NCBI GenBank assembly: GCA_964016885.1 | Contig: OZ024742.1 | Coordinates: forward strand, 330,336,001 to 330,400,000 | DNA length: 64,000 nucleotides | Source of the DNA: Eledone cirrhosa | Lineage: Eukaryota | Reading direction: 5' to 3' | In this document: in pieces, positions 1 to 20,615 of the stretch | How the letters are laid out: every line of letters begins with the position of its first letter | Position numbering within the stretch: the stretch's first letter is position 1 | Position numbers and translations under genes: made by a program | The notes under the pieces: model-generated | Told to the model about the DNA's origin: nothing | The model's input: only the letters and a program-made list of their open reading frames with translations | The model's database searches: none

Positions 1-690
1 CACACACCCCAAAAACATTTTTTTATCCACACGCCACTCACACCCACAACACGCTTAAACCACACACACGTGTTCCCACCACATATTTACACCCTCAGCT
101 TCCTGATTCCTCTCCCCCCACCCCCCTATCCACACACGCACAGACCCTCCGACCCACAAAAAACACCCCCACACACACCTTCCTGAACATGCAACGCCGT
201 TCTTCCCCCAACCCTCACTTTCACATACACACACACACACACACACGCACACCTAACCACACACACCACCTTCAGCCCTCCCCGCTCGGACACTCCGTCT
301 CCCTCTCCCCACTCCACCCGCCACCACCCCTACTCACCCCACACCCTTCCACCACCTGTTTACCCCCCTTTTAATTTCAGTTTTTTTTTATCGTGCCTTC
401 ATTTTTAAATTTTCTCATTCCTTGTATTTTGATCATGCTTTATTTTTATTTATTATTTATTATATTTTTGTCTTTATTTGTTAATTTTTCATTCGCACCG
501 TTTCCTTTCGCAATATGTCTCTCCACCACTCCCCTACACGCCTTTTGAACTCTGTTCCCACACACTTCTCACCTGAAGAAGGGCTTATGCCCGAAACGTC
601 GTCCCCCACCTACCCCCACTCTCCTGAGCGTGAATTTAATAAACATTTATCGTACTGACTCTCTGTTCTGTCCCTGTTCAATTTTTCATT
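1..690 (+). mobile_element. 3' end/pLTR of PLE-like repeat family A (truncated by window edge)
   Basis: Homologous to ~35700-36330; ends HHR motif + AATAAA then (TA)n. Confidence 0.65.
571..602 (+). ncRNA. Minimal type I hammerhead ribozyme motif (family A)
   Basis: ac-CTGAAGA-a-GGGC-ttat-GCCC-GAAA-CG-TC-gt; stem I only 2 bp; degenerate copy at 36207-36240. Confidence 0.65.
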
Positions 691-1551
691 ATATATATAT
701 CTATCTATCTAAGGCGGGTAAAATTCCCGAGAACCATGGACGAGTTCTCTCCAGCGGTCTCTGTCCCTCATTATCGCTGCCATATCCTGCATCTCCAACA
801 GACCAGTGTCTGTCCTTAGGGCATCAACATATGTTAACCTTGTCTTCCTTTTCTAGTGTGTCCATGTCCATATATATATATATAGTAATAATAATAAACT
901 TGAAGACTAACATCCAAAGAGGGCTTGTTAAGGATAAATATATACCGAATATATAAGAACCGTAGAGCAAAGATGTGTTTTTTGTGTACGTGCTTGTATT
1001 TGCATACACATGGCGAGTGGGTTCGAGTATGCTTGTGTATGTACGTATATGGATGCGTGTATGTATATATTTAATTTCAAGTATCTCTGTATTTTATTTA
1101 CTTTATTCTTAACCCTAAAGCCGAGAATCATTCGGTTTCCTAAATAGAATCTTAGTCTACGACTTCGGTTATACCATTTACGTAGTTTTATTTTTGCGTG
1201 TAATTGTTCTCCACGCTCCGTTTAGTGACGTATTATCTTCGTTTTTTTCGTTCATTGCCAGAGAACGTCTCCACGAACCACCTAATAGAATATTAGTCTA
1301 CAACTTTATTTATACCATAAATGTAGTTTTGTCTTCGCGTGTAATTGTTTTCACCGCACCAAATAATGACGTATTATCTTCAATTTTTCTGTTCTTTGCC
1401 AGGGATCGTTTCCACGAACCAAAGTGTCATCTTACTGTCTTCCTTCGGTTGCAACGTTTTTTGAAAATAATTACTTCTGCGTTCACACATTGATTTTTTT
1501 AGTTTCATAAGATCCCGTTAAGGGTGGAAGCAGCGATTAGACTTTAATCTG

Positions 1552-1651
<100 letters not shown>

Positions 1652-1661
1652 CAGATTAAAG

Positions 1662-2652
1662 CAAACACCCCAGCCTTCAATTACCTGTACTAGACACAGA
1701 GCTCTGGCTAGATACCATTAATAACAAAAAACAAATCCTCCATTCCCATTATGCCAAACCCATGACTTCTAAATATCTGATCCACCGAAACTCAGCTGTT
1801 TCGGACCATACCAAAATCAACATACTGATGGCGGATTTGGTACGGGTGATGAGAAACGTGTCCTGCATATGCAACACCTAAGAAGTAGAGAGACACATAC
1901 AACACTTCATCCACAGTATGCAGTTATCTGGTTACAATCAGAGAGATAAAATCAGAGTATATAGAGGAGCCAGAACTAAATGGGAAACAATGGTAAATAA
2001 TGACACAAATGGGATCTGCCCCTTGTATAGGAACACATTTTGGAATAGAATACAACGAACTAGGAATAAGTCTAATAGAATAAACACATGGTATGATAGC
2101 AATAAATACCAGAGTGTAATGTTCATCGATACAACCCCTATAGGAGAATTAGCTTACAACTTTAGAAGGGCCCTAGATAAATATAAACTCAATATTAACA
2201 TAGTAGAAAGACCATGTACCTCCATAAAAACAGTTATTAGCAAGACATACCCTTTTCAAAGACCTCCCTGTATAGATAAGAAATGTATAATCTGTAAATT
2301 AAGCCCCCATATTAACTGTAAAACTAGAAATGTAGTACATAGCATAAGATGTACTGAAGGACAATGTAGAGATAAACATATAGTGTACATAGATGAGACA
2401 GCTCGTCGTATAGGGGAACGGATAAATGAACACTGGCTAGACCTTCAAGATAGTAGATAATATTTGGTACTCTACCAACATGCTAAAATAGAACATAAGG
2501 GTAAATTTGAGAACATAGAAATAAAAATAGAATCTAAACACAGAAAAGACGCAATGTTTAGAGAAATAACAGAGGCAATAAACATAAATGAATTACAACC
2601 AAAATTAAATAGAAAACATGAGTGGAACAGCAACATCACAACTTACAATTAA
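1662..2652 (+). pseudogene. 5'-truncated PLE ORF (RT thumb + Cys linker + GIY-YIG endonuclease), Neptune-like
   Basis: LPVLD..HYAKPMTSK..SA; linker CIDKKCIIC; VVHSIRC...YIDETARRIGERINEH...EA..I....PKLN; in-frame stops; same family as 43067-45612. Confidence 0.85.
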
Positions 2653-3163
<511 letters not shown>

Positions 3164-3516
3164 GTGTGTGGGTGTGTGTGTGTGTGCGTGCGCATGCGTG
3201 TGTGTATCTGTGTGTGTGTATAAATAAATGATTAGACAATTTAATCATTTTACATGTATTAACCTCATTTCCTATACATGCTAGCTGGGCAATATTCGGT
3301 TACTCAAAAAGTAATATTAGTATCCTGTTGTTTTCATAGCAATAATAGAGTTATTTTGATGGCAAGAAATTATTCTTCTCGCTTCTCATAATGACTTAAT
3401 TAGCCTTGAATATATTTCGTCGCCCGTTTCAAGAGAATGTCTCAGTTTCAAAAGGTCCCGTATAGGGTGAAAGCAGATTTTCTTTGCTTAAAGTTTGATC
3501 AGAATTAATATTAAGC

Positions 3517-4938
<1,422 letters not shown>

Positions 4939-7554
4939 TGTGTGTGTGTTTGTGTGCGTGTGTCTGTGTGTGTGTGTTTTGTATGTTTGTTTGTGTATGT
5001 GTGTGTAGACAAATTAACTCGGAAATGCAGTTTTGAGAGGCGAGTGTGTTAGAATTCGCAGGAAAATTGAAAAGCTCGACGTATGGGAGCTGATAGAACA
5101 GCAAAATGCCGCCGAACCGCCTTAGATTAAAATATTAACTCGACGGTTAGAAATATTAACTCAACGGTTAGAAATGAGTAGACTCGACTCGAAGGAAAGA
5201 AGAAACGATAGGAAGGAGGAAAAAGAATAGATGTAAGCGAACCAGTCACAAACACTAAAATATGCTCAACGGATCTCACCATCTGGCAGTTTCGACGAAT
5301 AAATGAAATTACTGCAAATAATAGGAAGCTCGTAACAGATAAACACATACCTTCGTAAGTAACGCTGGCCTGCAGTAGGGAGAGTTTTCCCATTTTCCTG
5401 AGTGCACGTCTTTCGGTGTGTATGTATGTTTATGTGTTTGAGTGTGTGTTTGTGTGTTAATGTGTGTGTGTGTGGTGTTGGTTTAATATCTCCCAACAGC
5501 TTGACTGTAATAATACTCTATTGAATATCAACATATTTTGACAGTTACTAAATGCTAATAATAATGTTGAATGTTGAGTAAACGAAAACCACATTAATTA
5601 ATAACAGAATAACTTAGAATTTACGAATTTAATGTTAATTGAATATACTTTATTTTCGTAGTTCTTTGCGTTAACAATAATTGAAGAAATTCTAAGTGTT
5701 TTTGCAGGTAATTAAATACATTAATGAATTTAAATAAAATCACAACCCCCTACTGGCAAATTAAGTTTTACTTTGCTATAATAAAACTCCTGTTGTTGCC
5801 GGAATGCAAAAATAGAAATTCAATAAATATTGCATAATCAGACGAATGTTACTAAACCATTATAACTTTTATGACTGGCTTATTATGCAGTGATAATTAT
5901 ATATTTCTTAGCATATTTCCAGATAATAACAATCTCTTCCCATATGTTTCTTATAAGAATATAAAAGTTAAATGAATTTGCACCATTCTTTTAATGCTGG
6001 TTTGTCTACTGTCTTTCTTTTATGCTGCTTATACTGCAATACTATTTCGTGTTCATTCGTCCTTCATTTCTGTGTCTCGAATGATAATCGAAACACTAAA
6101 AAGAATAATTTTTCTCAGCCACAGGCATGACTATGTGCAAAAAGGGCACAATTGTTTCACCCCGGTGTTTTCGTGTTCACCCCACTTAGAGGAACCGTGG
6201 CCAAATATATACAATTATATTATTGCTTCGTTTTGACCAATGCGTAGACAGTGAAATTTAGTAAACAGAACCGGGATGTATAATGCAACAATACGTTCCA
6301 GCAGTGTACCCATTCAATGCCAATTACACTCCTGTGAATTCACATTGTCGAATTAGCGACAACATCAGCAGCATCGTCGTCATTCACTTCAATAACCTAC
6401 CTATCGAATTCAATAACAAATTCCTGCTTATAACCACATCAGTCGTGTACGGATACCTCAAAATAGCAACTATAATAGCAAACCCAACAAAATCTTTACC
6501 CACGCTGAAACAGCAAACTGCCTAAACAGGATCCGTTGTCCATCCAAGGCCATTATATCATGAACTTTCTTCCTCATAATGACACAATCTGAAGAATATG
6601 AGCCCCCAACACTTATATTATAAGCATATGTGTTTATGCGTGTCTGTGTGTGTGCGTGAGTTAGAGAGAAATATGTGTGAGAGGGTTTGTTCACAAATAT
6701 GCATATATGTATATATCTTATTAAATGCAGAAATGGGCACATTCATCCAATTTTGTTACGTTTCTTCGAGCTGGGAATACATGCAACCCTTGCTATAATT
6801 ACTAAATGTCACAAAATAATATCAATTAAGGTCATTTAATATTTGTGTGTTTGCTAAGCTTTCACGTGGATATGCAAGAGTGTAATGTCAGAGTTAACCA
6901 ATTTTTAAATACATGTATCTTCTTATAAAACCTTTTAAGTTTGTTTATAACAATATAACGCTTATTTAAATTTCTGCGAACATCTGACACTATTTGTATG
7001 TTGTAATAGAATAAAACACATGGCAATTATCAGACTACGTCTCATTTATACATTTGTTAGTTTGGTCGTTGCTAATAGCGAAACATTTTTGACGAAATCC
7101 AGCCTTCACCTGAGAGGTTTTATTTTAATTTGTCAAGTAGAATTCCATTAAGAGAAGTGGATAATGTCATACACTGTTTTTGTTATTTTTCTTTTTCTGG
7201 GAGAATCAATTATTTGTTTAATTGTTCTTCTTATTTTTCTTAGTATTCCCATTTCACCCCCTTCATGATTGTTTTTCAGAGTTAAATATCATGCAAGTAA
7301 AAGTTAGAAAGTCAATTATAAACTGCATCTGTAAAATAATATGATAAACATGGTATTTATACTAATCAAATATAAACATAAAGAGTAAAGATGAAACCCT
7401 GAAGAGTAAGGGAGATATAGAAGAATCCCATATAAATTAGTTACGTTTCGGTATATATTAGCAATGAATGTTACGATAGGTAAGTTATTCCAAAGTAGAA
7501 GCCACACACACACACACATACACACACATACGCATACACGCACACCACACACAC

Positions 7555-7586
<32 letters not shown>

Positions 7587-7690
7587 CAACTTCGCCACTA
7601 CTACATTCATGCTAAAAACTCCGCCAGTTTTAGACTGCGCATCAATATGAGATATTTTTCTCTACAAACTTCGATCACCAGCAGCAGGGT

Positions 7691-8140
7691 TTAAAGAGCC
7701 AAGATTAAGTCTAGTCTATAGGTTGACATTATGAAGCCATCGTTTTGGCTGCCGCCATCTGCTTCTCTTACTAGCCAACCTTCCTTCATGCATAACCTAC
7801 TCACACAACGAGTTGATCTCTTTATATGGCTGTATAGTTTCAGTACTCTTGATTTGACAGTTGATGTAATTGGTCTAAGTTTTGTAATGTTGAGCAGCTC
7901 ACGGATACAGATATCGTCGCTGAGCCGCTTGCCAGTCGTAAGTCTCATGATGCAATTCTGGGATGTAGAGAGCTTTTGAGGCGACCTTGTCCTCCAATTA
8001 CTAGTCAAGACCATATAACACAACAGGTAGTATGTAAGTATCGTTCAGCTAACTCTTCAAATGATAGGAAACTCGTTTTGATGTTAGTACTTCCTTGTTC
8101 TTATTGAAAGCTGCCCAACCTAGAGCGATGAGATACTGTG
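7691..8140 (-). pseudogene. C-terminal fragment of an RTE-like non-LTR retrotransposon ORF
   Basis: ITSTVKSRVLKLYSHIKR...SRLCM resembles the RTE C-terminal R.L.x.GHI.R motif; frameshifted. Confidence 0.55.
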
Positions 8141-8153
8141 CAGCAACCATTCC

Positions 8154-8226
<73 letters not shown>

Positions 8227-8302
8227 CGAAGGAAGTGTGTAATGAACCGGATGGACCATAAAGCACCAGATTACTCAATACTTAGGGTAGTAAATTGGGT
8301 AA

Positions 8303-9070
<768 letters not shown>

Positions 9071-9140
9071 CCTGTATTAATTTACGATATCATTACACAT
9101 TTGTTTTGCATTACACAAATGTATATATTTGTGCATGTGT

Positions 9141-9246
<106 letters not shown>

Positions 9247-9429
9247 ATATATATTTATATATACAGGTGTGTGTTGTGCATCTGTACTTGTGTAATATTA
9301 TATGCAGTTAGAAGAGGCTGGTTTGATAGTATTAGGCCGTATCACTGCATAATATTCAAACCCATCGATATATTTGTAATAAAATATCTCAGAATAAAAA
9401 CCAATTATGCATACATTTTCTCTTAGGTA

Positions 9430-9890
9430 TATAAGTGGAAAACCGTGAATTAATGAACTCCTACTTTCATTAAAGCCATTCGAGAAAGGATACGAATAAA
9501 TCCGAAAAGACCCATGAGAAAAATTGCAAAATATGTCCGAGGACAATGAGAAGGATCAACAATGGTGACTTGGGAATATCTTCCTCCCCTCTTCAGAAGG
9601 AACAAATCCTATTTGAAAAGACAACCCCCCCCCCCAAAAAAAAGGCTAGAGTGTTCAAGAATTTGCTTAAATAAATGAAACGTGGCATGACAGTGTGGTC
9701 AGATGAAAATATTTTCAATGTTGAACAGACACACTACCTACGAAATGATATAGTGTTTCGAAAGAGAGCATCAGTAATCAGTGTTGACCAAAAAATATGT
9801 ATTCCATACAATATATTCAGCTCCTCTTAAGGTTTGGATGGCTGTTTCGTTAGCTTCGGAGTCTCATCATCCTTTTTGTGGAATAAACGA
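9430..9890 (+). pseudogene. Tc1/mariner-superfamily (maT/DD37D-like) transposase remnant
   Basis: TPTFIKAIRERIRINPKRPMRKIAK, VWSDENIFNVEQ....ND and VWMAVS read across frameshifts. Confidence 0.7.
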
Positions 9891-10244
9891 CAATATTCAG
9901 CTCCCAATCAATTTGTCTGATAAATACTAATACGTAAATATGTATATTTTTTTATTCGTTATCTTTTTGTGTGTTTTATATATTTTCGAACAGAACATCT
10001 TTCAGCCGAAAGAATTTTCACGTTATCATTATAAGCTACTGCTAGTCTACAACGATACTGTCTAGAATTGTTCCTTTCCCTTTCAAAGGTAAGCATTTGA
10101 AAGTAAGATAAATAAACAATAGACAAAAGGTTGTCGCACACAAACAAACATACATTCGTACACACAAGGAGACTAATGTAAGTTTCATTACAATTCCCTC
10201 CCTCTTCCTTTCTCTGTTATATACATAAATATATATATATATAC

Positions 10245-10322
<78 letters not shown>

Positions 10323-10335
10323 ATTATATTTTGAT

Positions 10336-10452
<117 letters not shown>

Positions 10453-10491
10453 TACATACACACATATATATATATATACATACATACACAC

Positions 10492-10529
<38 letters not shown>

Positions 10530-10540
10530 ATAAAAATATA

Positions 10541-11336
10541 ATTTCAGCGAGATCGAATTGCGGGTGTGGTCGAAAATAATGCGAAACGCAATATCGGAGT
10601 TATGCTGGCAAGTGATCTATGGACCAACTAAAGACCTGACCAATAAAAATAGGTTATACAGGCCAAACAAACTGAAATGGGGTCAAGAAACAAGCCAAAC
10701 AGGTCAAACAAAATAATTGAATATTTACCCGGACTCACGGAAAATATGGTATAATACAGTAAAGGTTTTCTGCGACACCTAAATCAATTATACTGCCTGC
10801 TTAAATAATAAGCTTTTGGTATAATGATCGAACAAGGCTGTCACTCCGTCAACAGGTATTTTGTTCTACGCCGGCATGCAGTAGTATGTAGTAGTAAAGA
10901 AAACCACGTGTGTAACTCTGCAAGGGAGAAAACCCTGGATGTTGGCAGATGAATTCAGTAAGTGTAAAATTAATGCAATAAGTGCAAAAACTACACCAAT
11001 CGAATTAAGCTTTCGACCGGGTAGTTTTTAAAATAAACTTAAGCAATTAATCAATATAATTATCTAATAAAATTAACTGGTTAATTGCTAGACCCGGGAG
11101 ATTAATACACATAACATTTCAGCGAGATCGAATTTCGGGTGTTGTCGAAAACAAAGCGAAACGCAATATCCGAGTTATGCTGGCAATCCATGGACCAAAT
11201 AAAGACGAGAACAATAAACACAGGTTATAAAGGCCAAACAAACTAAGATTTGCCAAACAGGTCAAACAAAGAATTGAATATTTAACCGGACCCCGCAAAA
11301 GATAGTATAATCCAGTAAAGGGTTTCTGCGACACCT
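10541..11336. repeat. Partial tandem repeat (~575-bp period) flanked by microsatellites
   Basis: 10541-10780 repeated, diverged, at 11116-11336. Confidence 0.7.
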
Positions 11337-11481
11337 AGTATATATATACACACACACATACACAAACACACACACACACACACACGCAAACACACACAAA
11401 CACACACAAACACACACATATATATATATATATATACATGTATTTATGTGTGTGTATATATATATATATATATACACATAA

Positions 11482-11568
<87 letters not shown>

Positions 11569-12354
11569 TGTGTGTGTGTGTGTTTGTTAGTGTGTGTATA
11601 TACTATTGAAAACATATTATCTTGAAGTTATGTTTTGCATTGAGGGCATTATATTCAATCTATGTAGATGAATGTATTAATGGCCATCATTGTGAGTCGC
11701 CGTTCTTGATTTGTGAATGCTAGGAGATATGAAGGTAATCGATGGACGACCCTTCCGTCTATCGTATAAGGCTACGCAATGTCTCCTGATTTCGTTTTTA
11801 ACTTGCTTATTTTGTCTGTGTAAGTTAAAAGTCTTGTTAAATCAGGAAGTGAATGAGTCGTCGCCATCCTCACAATATATATTTAATGGCGGATTTCATT
11901 GAGAGTTTCTAAATAATCATATTTAAAGCAGGAATTTAACTAATGTCGCATCCATCATTCCCTTGTAGATTATTTTCATTTCTACTAATTATATCGACAT
12001 TTTTTCTGGTGCTTAGAATGTTTTTTTTATATTTCCTTTTATAGTATGTTTAATACATATTTTGATTTTTTCCTCATGAAATTTGTTTTACTTTAAATAT
12101 GAATTGTTTATTTGTTGTTGTATCATCGCTGTGCTTGCTGGACTTGGTTTATTCTTTAACTATGATGTATATGTATTCTTTGCTATCTCCAGTATCTATC
12201 TGGCCATCACATGTATAGGTTCAATTATAGACCTTTACAATAAAAAGGGAACCAAATGTCCTGCCCATATTGAACACAGACACATCTCAACACAGTTGCT
12301 CTTAATTCAGCGTAGCATATAGAATGAGAAGGATAGAAGAAAGAATTGTTAAAT

Positions 12355-12440
12355 CACTACAATTTCTTTATAGATCCCGAAAGGAGGAATGACAAAGCGG
12401 GCTTCGGGTTGGTTTCAAATCAGAAAGCAATGACTCGGAA
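12355..12440 (-). mobile_element. Degenerate SINE fragment
   Basis: Weak match to SINE core (gatcccgaaaggaggaatgacaaagc...tttcaaatcagaa). Confidence 0.4.
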
Positions 12441-13693
12441 CAAATATTCGATTTTTTTTACAGACTGTAGAATTTATCCATTACATCTGGTAGATCAAAA
12501 CATTAAGAATTTCTTTATTTTTCATCGCTTAAAACTTAAATAAGTTGGGAAATAAGCTTTGACCATGGAGACATCAGCACATCAAATCGCCCATCTTAGT
12601 CGGACATCACAATAAACTTAAATTACTTTCAGTTGAAATGTCTGAGAAAAAGAAAGATTGTCTTTAATATGATATACCTAAATAGAAGTTGCTTTCACTT
12701 TGAATTTGCTGATATATTGCAAACAAAATAGTGCATAAAAAACTCCATTTATTTGTTGTGTGGTTAGCTTGAAAGGAATTATATAGACTGCGTCTAGCAT
12801 ATTCCATGGCTCAATACAATATACCACATCTATGTAGAAAATATTACTAATAAATATAATTTAAGTAAACGTGTCGTCTTCTGCCTGTGAGCATTCGTTA
12901 TTGATTGTTCATGTCACTGGATGTATTATAGACGTCAATGTCTGATGCGAACAAAACAAATGTTATGAGGAATCTTAGAGTTTTCCATTTTACGTTTATT
13001 TAAACTTTGACTGAAACTTATGGTGATGGCTGTCTCGACAACTTTTCCATTGCCCGGTGCAAAATTGGTGAACTCTATAGAACTAGAATACCAAGCGAAT
13101 TAACTGAACAATGTGTGCGAGTGTGCTTGTGTGTATGCGTGGGTGTGAATATGTGTATGTGCGTGTATATGTGTGTTATTGTGTGTGTATGCATGTATGT
13201 GTGTGCATCATTGGGAACAACATTTCATGTTCGATAGATGTAGACATTTGACATTTCTTGTAAAATGTTCTATGTTATTCATCTAAAGGAATGGCATTAT
13301 ATATTTCAACGGCAAATTGGCTGTTACAACATTGGAATAAATACCTCGGTATTTGTTCAGTCTCTCAGCGCACAGAGTTCAAATCCTTTGTTTTTACACA
13401 TTGTATAGTCAATAAATAATATACCATTCAGGATTTGTGAATTGGAGGGATGTTAAAAGATTCGGCTGTTAGTTCAAATGCAGCCAATTTCATTAGGATT
13501 GCTACAGGCAGATATTAAAAGCAACGGAAGAACCAACGATAATATAATGTTCCTCCTTCAAATTGACAGTCGGCTAGTGTCATAGTTTTTTATGTTTCAG
13601 CAAATGAAAATATAAATATTCAGATCCTTGCCCACTTATATATAATAGCTATTAATATAACAATCTATCTGTCTATCTATCTATAAAAAGACA

Positions 13694-15842
<2,149 letters not shown>

Positions 15843-16239
15843 GTTAACAAACGATGCAGCAACCCACACACACACAGAAGCGAGGCAGCAACACACGCAC
15901 ACACACAGTAGCATTCAACCATACGAACATACTATACTGCCAATACAGAGGAACAAGGCAACAACACACGCACACACACACTCAAGCGAGACAACAACAC
16001 ACGCACACACACACACACACAGTAACATTCACCAAACAGGCAGATAATGGACTGACAGCTAGCGCCACCCACTCCCACAATTGAAAGAACTACTTCGGCC
16101 GCTGACTTCTGCCTGACCGACCCCATTTCCGCGCACGCGCGCTCTGTTGAATACCTCATATATTCAAAACAACGAACAGCGGAGGATATGTTTCGCAGCT
16201 TTCCGACAGACAACCTCCCCCCCCCCCCCCGGAAAAAAA

Positions 16240-16275
16240 CCCCAGTTGATGGATATGAATCCGAAATATATAGGG
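16240..16275 (+). ncRNA. Degenerate minimal HHR in 3' region of Naiad-like element
   Basis: ccc-CAGTTGA-t-GGAT-atga-ATCC-GAAA-TATA-TA-ggg; two core mismatches. Confidence 0.45.
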
Positions 16276-18723
16276 ACAATTAAATCTCTCCCAAGGTAAC
16301 TCTTTCTCGTGTTGTTATTTTTATTTTTATCCTTTACGCTCTTTCCTTCATTCCTCTACACGTCTTATACACGCCACGTATCTCAACGTACACCCACTTA
16401 CATCTCTCTCTCCACCACCGGATCTTGTTACCCGGAGATTTACCCTTCTACATTGTCGAGGCTTCCAAACGAAATTGACCATATATATTTATATATTAAT
16501 GCGTGATACATTGTTTGTCCTTTGTATATTGTTTGATGAAATATGTATAAAATAACAACATGTCTGTTAAGGCCTTTTTGTTTTGTAGATTACCTTTCTT
16601 TGTTTTACGCTTTCATCCTGAGCTCCGAAGACATTCCTTTACTGCATTGGCCAATATAAATGATGTAAACAACGGTAATCAAATGCAACCGCCATGAGGT
16701 GTATATAATAATGATTTCTTATATTTACATTAACAATCATGAAATAAACACGAATAATAAATACTAAAGGAACATTGGCAGATATGTACGAGGGAGTGCA
16801 TGGTCTATCTGTCGTGAGAATAAATTCTAGTTTCGGGGAAAAAAGAAGACTTCGATCGCAATTTATTTTTTCGTGATGATACTCGAGTAGTTGTGTCTTC
16901 CTATTGAGGCTGCACTGCTTTCTGATTATAGTGGAAAAGGGAGTTTGATGTTTGGTGGCTGTGAATGGTGAGTTAGTTGAATGATATCTGTTTAATGGTG
17001 TCTTTTGATTATATGGATCCGTATTTAAGTGTTGTTTGTTACGTGACTTGATCGGTAAATGCTATATAATATATATGCTTCTCTGTTAGTGTGTCACCGT
17101 TTGTGTTCGTCAGAGTCCTGTACGTGTGTGTTTCTGGGTGTATATGTTTGTGTGTATGTGCACGTGTATGTATGTGTGTGTATCAACGAAGTATATAACG
17201 TAACGTTATCACTCACACACTATCTTTCATTAGTGCAAAAACAATCTTTGTAACTAGTGATTACCAAAACAATGACATACGTTCAGAAAAATAAGTAAAA
17301 AGCATTATTATAAGCCATACAATTGCATTTAATATATAGTAGTAACCATATCTCGAAATATTTAGGCAAGAGTTTAATTGTTGTTCAACATTTGCTGGTT
17401 ATCCTATTAAGGTTAAATATCTGCGGTTGTAATTGTTTAAATACGTGAATAAAATATTCAGGTGTCAATCGCATCCAATTTCTTCAGTCATTAAACATTT
17501 TGTTCTAGATATGTTCCCACCGCAGCTTTAAACCAGCTACCACTTTTACTCGCTACCTTTCTAAAAGCAAGGTGCACCTATTTTAAGAAGCTACTTCAAA
17601 TTGTTTTGGGTAATCTTTCAAGTATCACCAAATCAATATTTAATGTTACTTGCATTATGTAACACAATAATGCATAGGCCATGTAGACGACCACCGAAAT
17701 ATTGGAAACTGCTTGACTCCTTGGATCATACAAATACGGAAATAATCACAGGTAGATTAGCTGCTAACTGCAAGATCATACTTTTACAGAGTACGAATAA
17801 TGTTAATGGAATCCACGCCATTGTAATATTGCTACTGGTATGACTAGTAAGCTAGTTATACCCGGCCTAATTGGAACTACTAACGTAAATAAACCGATAA
17901 ATCCAGTATATTATGAGAGTTGCAAGCCTACACACGTTAGTTTACCACATATTAGAATGAGGTACAGCTTAATGTATTTTGAACCGAAATTTACATGTAT
18001 ATTATAGAAAATGTCATTCGTTCCCACAATGAAATTTTCAATTTATTACTTGGAAGGACGAATGGATACATTTTATTACATGTTTCTGGAAAGGATTTAT
18101 TTATGGACTGAACATTTCGATCTAAATTATTTTAGTTTCTTTTTCGCCCATATATTGCCTGTGCATCATATTCAAGTCATGGTTAAACGAATAATTGGGC
18201 GTTCACGAACTTGATAAGGGAAATCTCATAAACAAAGACAAACTGGAAACCACTCTAATATTATTAAACAAATCCTGGATATGAGGATTATAAACTAAAT
18301 AAATACATTTAAAAAAAAGTAAATTGAATATATCACAGCAACATACAGAATATGCACTTGGTGTCACAAATTCCACACATAGAATTTGACAACATCAATT
18401 CTCTCCTCACACCATAATGCCATGTATTTACGTATACTTCTGTTGAGAGATTTATGACACATTCACGACAATTACGGAGATGAAATTAGAAATATCCTCC
18501 TCTATAATGTTTTGCTTTCAGATTTAGGCAGCCACAAATGCAATCATTTTGTGTGGTGAATATGATGTAATATAATCTATGAAAATACAAATAAGGGTAT
18601 TAAAATCTAAACGATTTAGGATATGATGAAACTATATATATTTATAAATTGAAAATAAATACAGTATCAATATAATGTTTATTTACATAAAACAATCAGA
18701 GCTAAATGTACCTATTGTATAAT

Positions 18724-20615
18724 TAACTAGCAGTGGTACCCGGGGTTGCATGGGATAAGGTATTTTGGAACGCGGGCCGCCAACTGACCTAATCGTGTAA
18801 AAACTGTATTCCTCGACAATATGTAAAGAAAATAAACCGAATACCCTGATGGCTGGATAATCTTTAAGATTTTCCCCGATGAAGCAGGAAGAATGCACGT
18901 GTTGACCTAATGCGGGCCCTATGGGATCAAGAAAATGAATTTTTTTATGTGCATAATATGCCTAAACATTTCGGGAAAATCGGCTAGACGTAACGCATGA
19001 AGGAAGCTCTAAAAAGCTGAACAAATTTAATGTTGTCACCTAATGCGGGACCTAGGCCATAAAAAAAAAGTTGGATTTTCTTTGTTCACGGTATGAAGAA
19101 GAGACTGACTAATACATAGTTACAATTTCAAGGAAATCCGTCTGACGTAACGCTTCAAAATGCCCCTAAAATGCTGAAAAAACGCAGTTTTTCACCTAAT
19201 GCGTGCACTAGGGGTTGAAAAAGTTGAATTTGTTATGTGCGTAACACTCCCTGAAACATAACGCGGGCCGCCAACAGACCTAATCGTGAGATAACTGCAT
19301 GCCTGGACAATATGTAAAGAAAGTAAACCGAACACTCTGATGTAATTAGTATTAGATATACTTCTCCTTCCACGTGGAGAACTTTTTTCTCGTAAAGGCA
19401 AGTAAGTAAAACTGAAGCTATTATAGCGATGCTTTTCTTTACCGGATTTAATTTTTAGTCTTGTGTGAAATATTTAACCGACTTAGCTAAGCTTAGTATT
19501 GCCACAACCATGGCTGGCAAAGAAGTAAGGTTCTGGTGGTATGTAAGTAAGCAACACTGTGGCTTAAAACGGAGGCAGCAGACAGTCAATCATACAGACA
19601 GATATTATAAGGGCGCGTTCTGGAGGTAGAGCGAATTGTAGGAAGTGACCAAATGCAGACAGCCAGACATACATACAGATATTATAAGGGCGCGACGTTA
19701 TATTTAGGTATCTATCTAAAAAGAGAAAGACTAAGAATTATAGAGTGAGATCGGTAAATCGCCTAATGCGGTTCCTAGGGCATTGACAATTTGAAATTTT
19801 GTTTGCTCAGAACACTCTCTGTAACATAAGTAGTACATGTGTAACGTTTGAAAACAGTCAGTTGGGTGCTTCTCTACAATACAAAGCAGTAAATTAGTAA
19901 CTTTTGTTCTCGGAAAGGCACGTAAGTAAGCAACACTCTGAAAACTGAAGCTATTACAGCGATGTTTTCCTTTACCGGCTTTAATCTTTAGTGTTGTTGA
20001 AATATATAACCTGCAAACCTGATTTTTGAATCGCAGCAGGGTCGACTTTATTTCACTCACTCCACTAAAATTTGGATCTTCTTTGCTCACGGTATGAAGA
20101 AGAGATTTACTAATACATAGTTACCGGCTTTCATTTTTAGTGTTGTGTTAAATATTTAACCGACTTAGCTAAGCTTAGTATTGCCACAACCACGGCTGGC
20201 AAAGACGTAAGGGTCTGGTGGTATGTAAGTAAGCAACACTGTGGCTTAAAACGTGCGGAAGAAGTTGTGTGCTCTTACCACCTGTTTGGGGAATGAGTGT
20301 GAGATTTCTCTTGAGCAAGGGTGGCAGAATAACTGGAGCCAGCAGACAGCCAGACATACAGACATATATTATATGTGCGCGACGTTATATGTATGTATCT
20401 ATCTAAAAAGAGAAAGATTAAGAATTATAGAGAATATCTCTAAATCGTTGTTAGGGCATTGAACATTTGAAATTATTAGCGAAGAAGACTCCCTTAAACA
20501 TAAGTATTACATGTGTAAAGTTTGAAACCATTCGGTTGCGTGCTTCTCGAGTTTTAGGGATTCAAACTCACACACACACAGGCAGACAACCTCAGATTAT
20601 ATATATATATATATA
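18724..20615 (+). mobile_element. Probable Helentron-associated non-autonomous element (HINE-like) with internal subrepeats
   Basis: Starts TAACTAGCAGTGGTACCCGGGGTTGCATGGG, ends (CA)n-GGCAGAC-(TA)n; internal duplications 18769/19260, 19440/20125, 19660/20340. Confidence 0.5.
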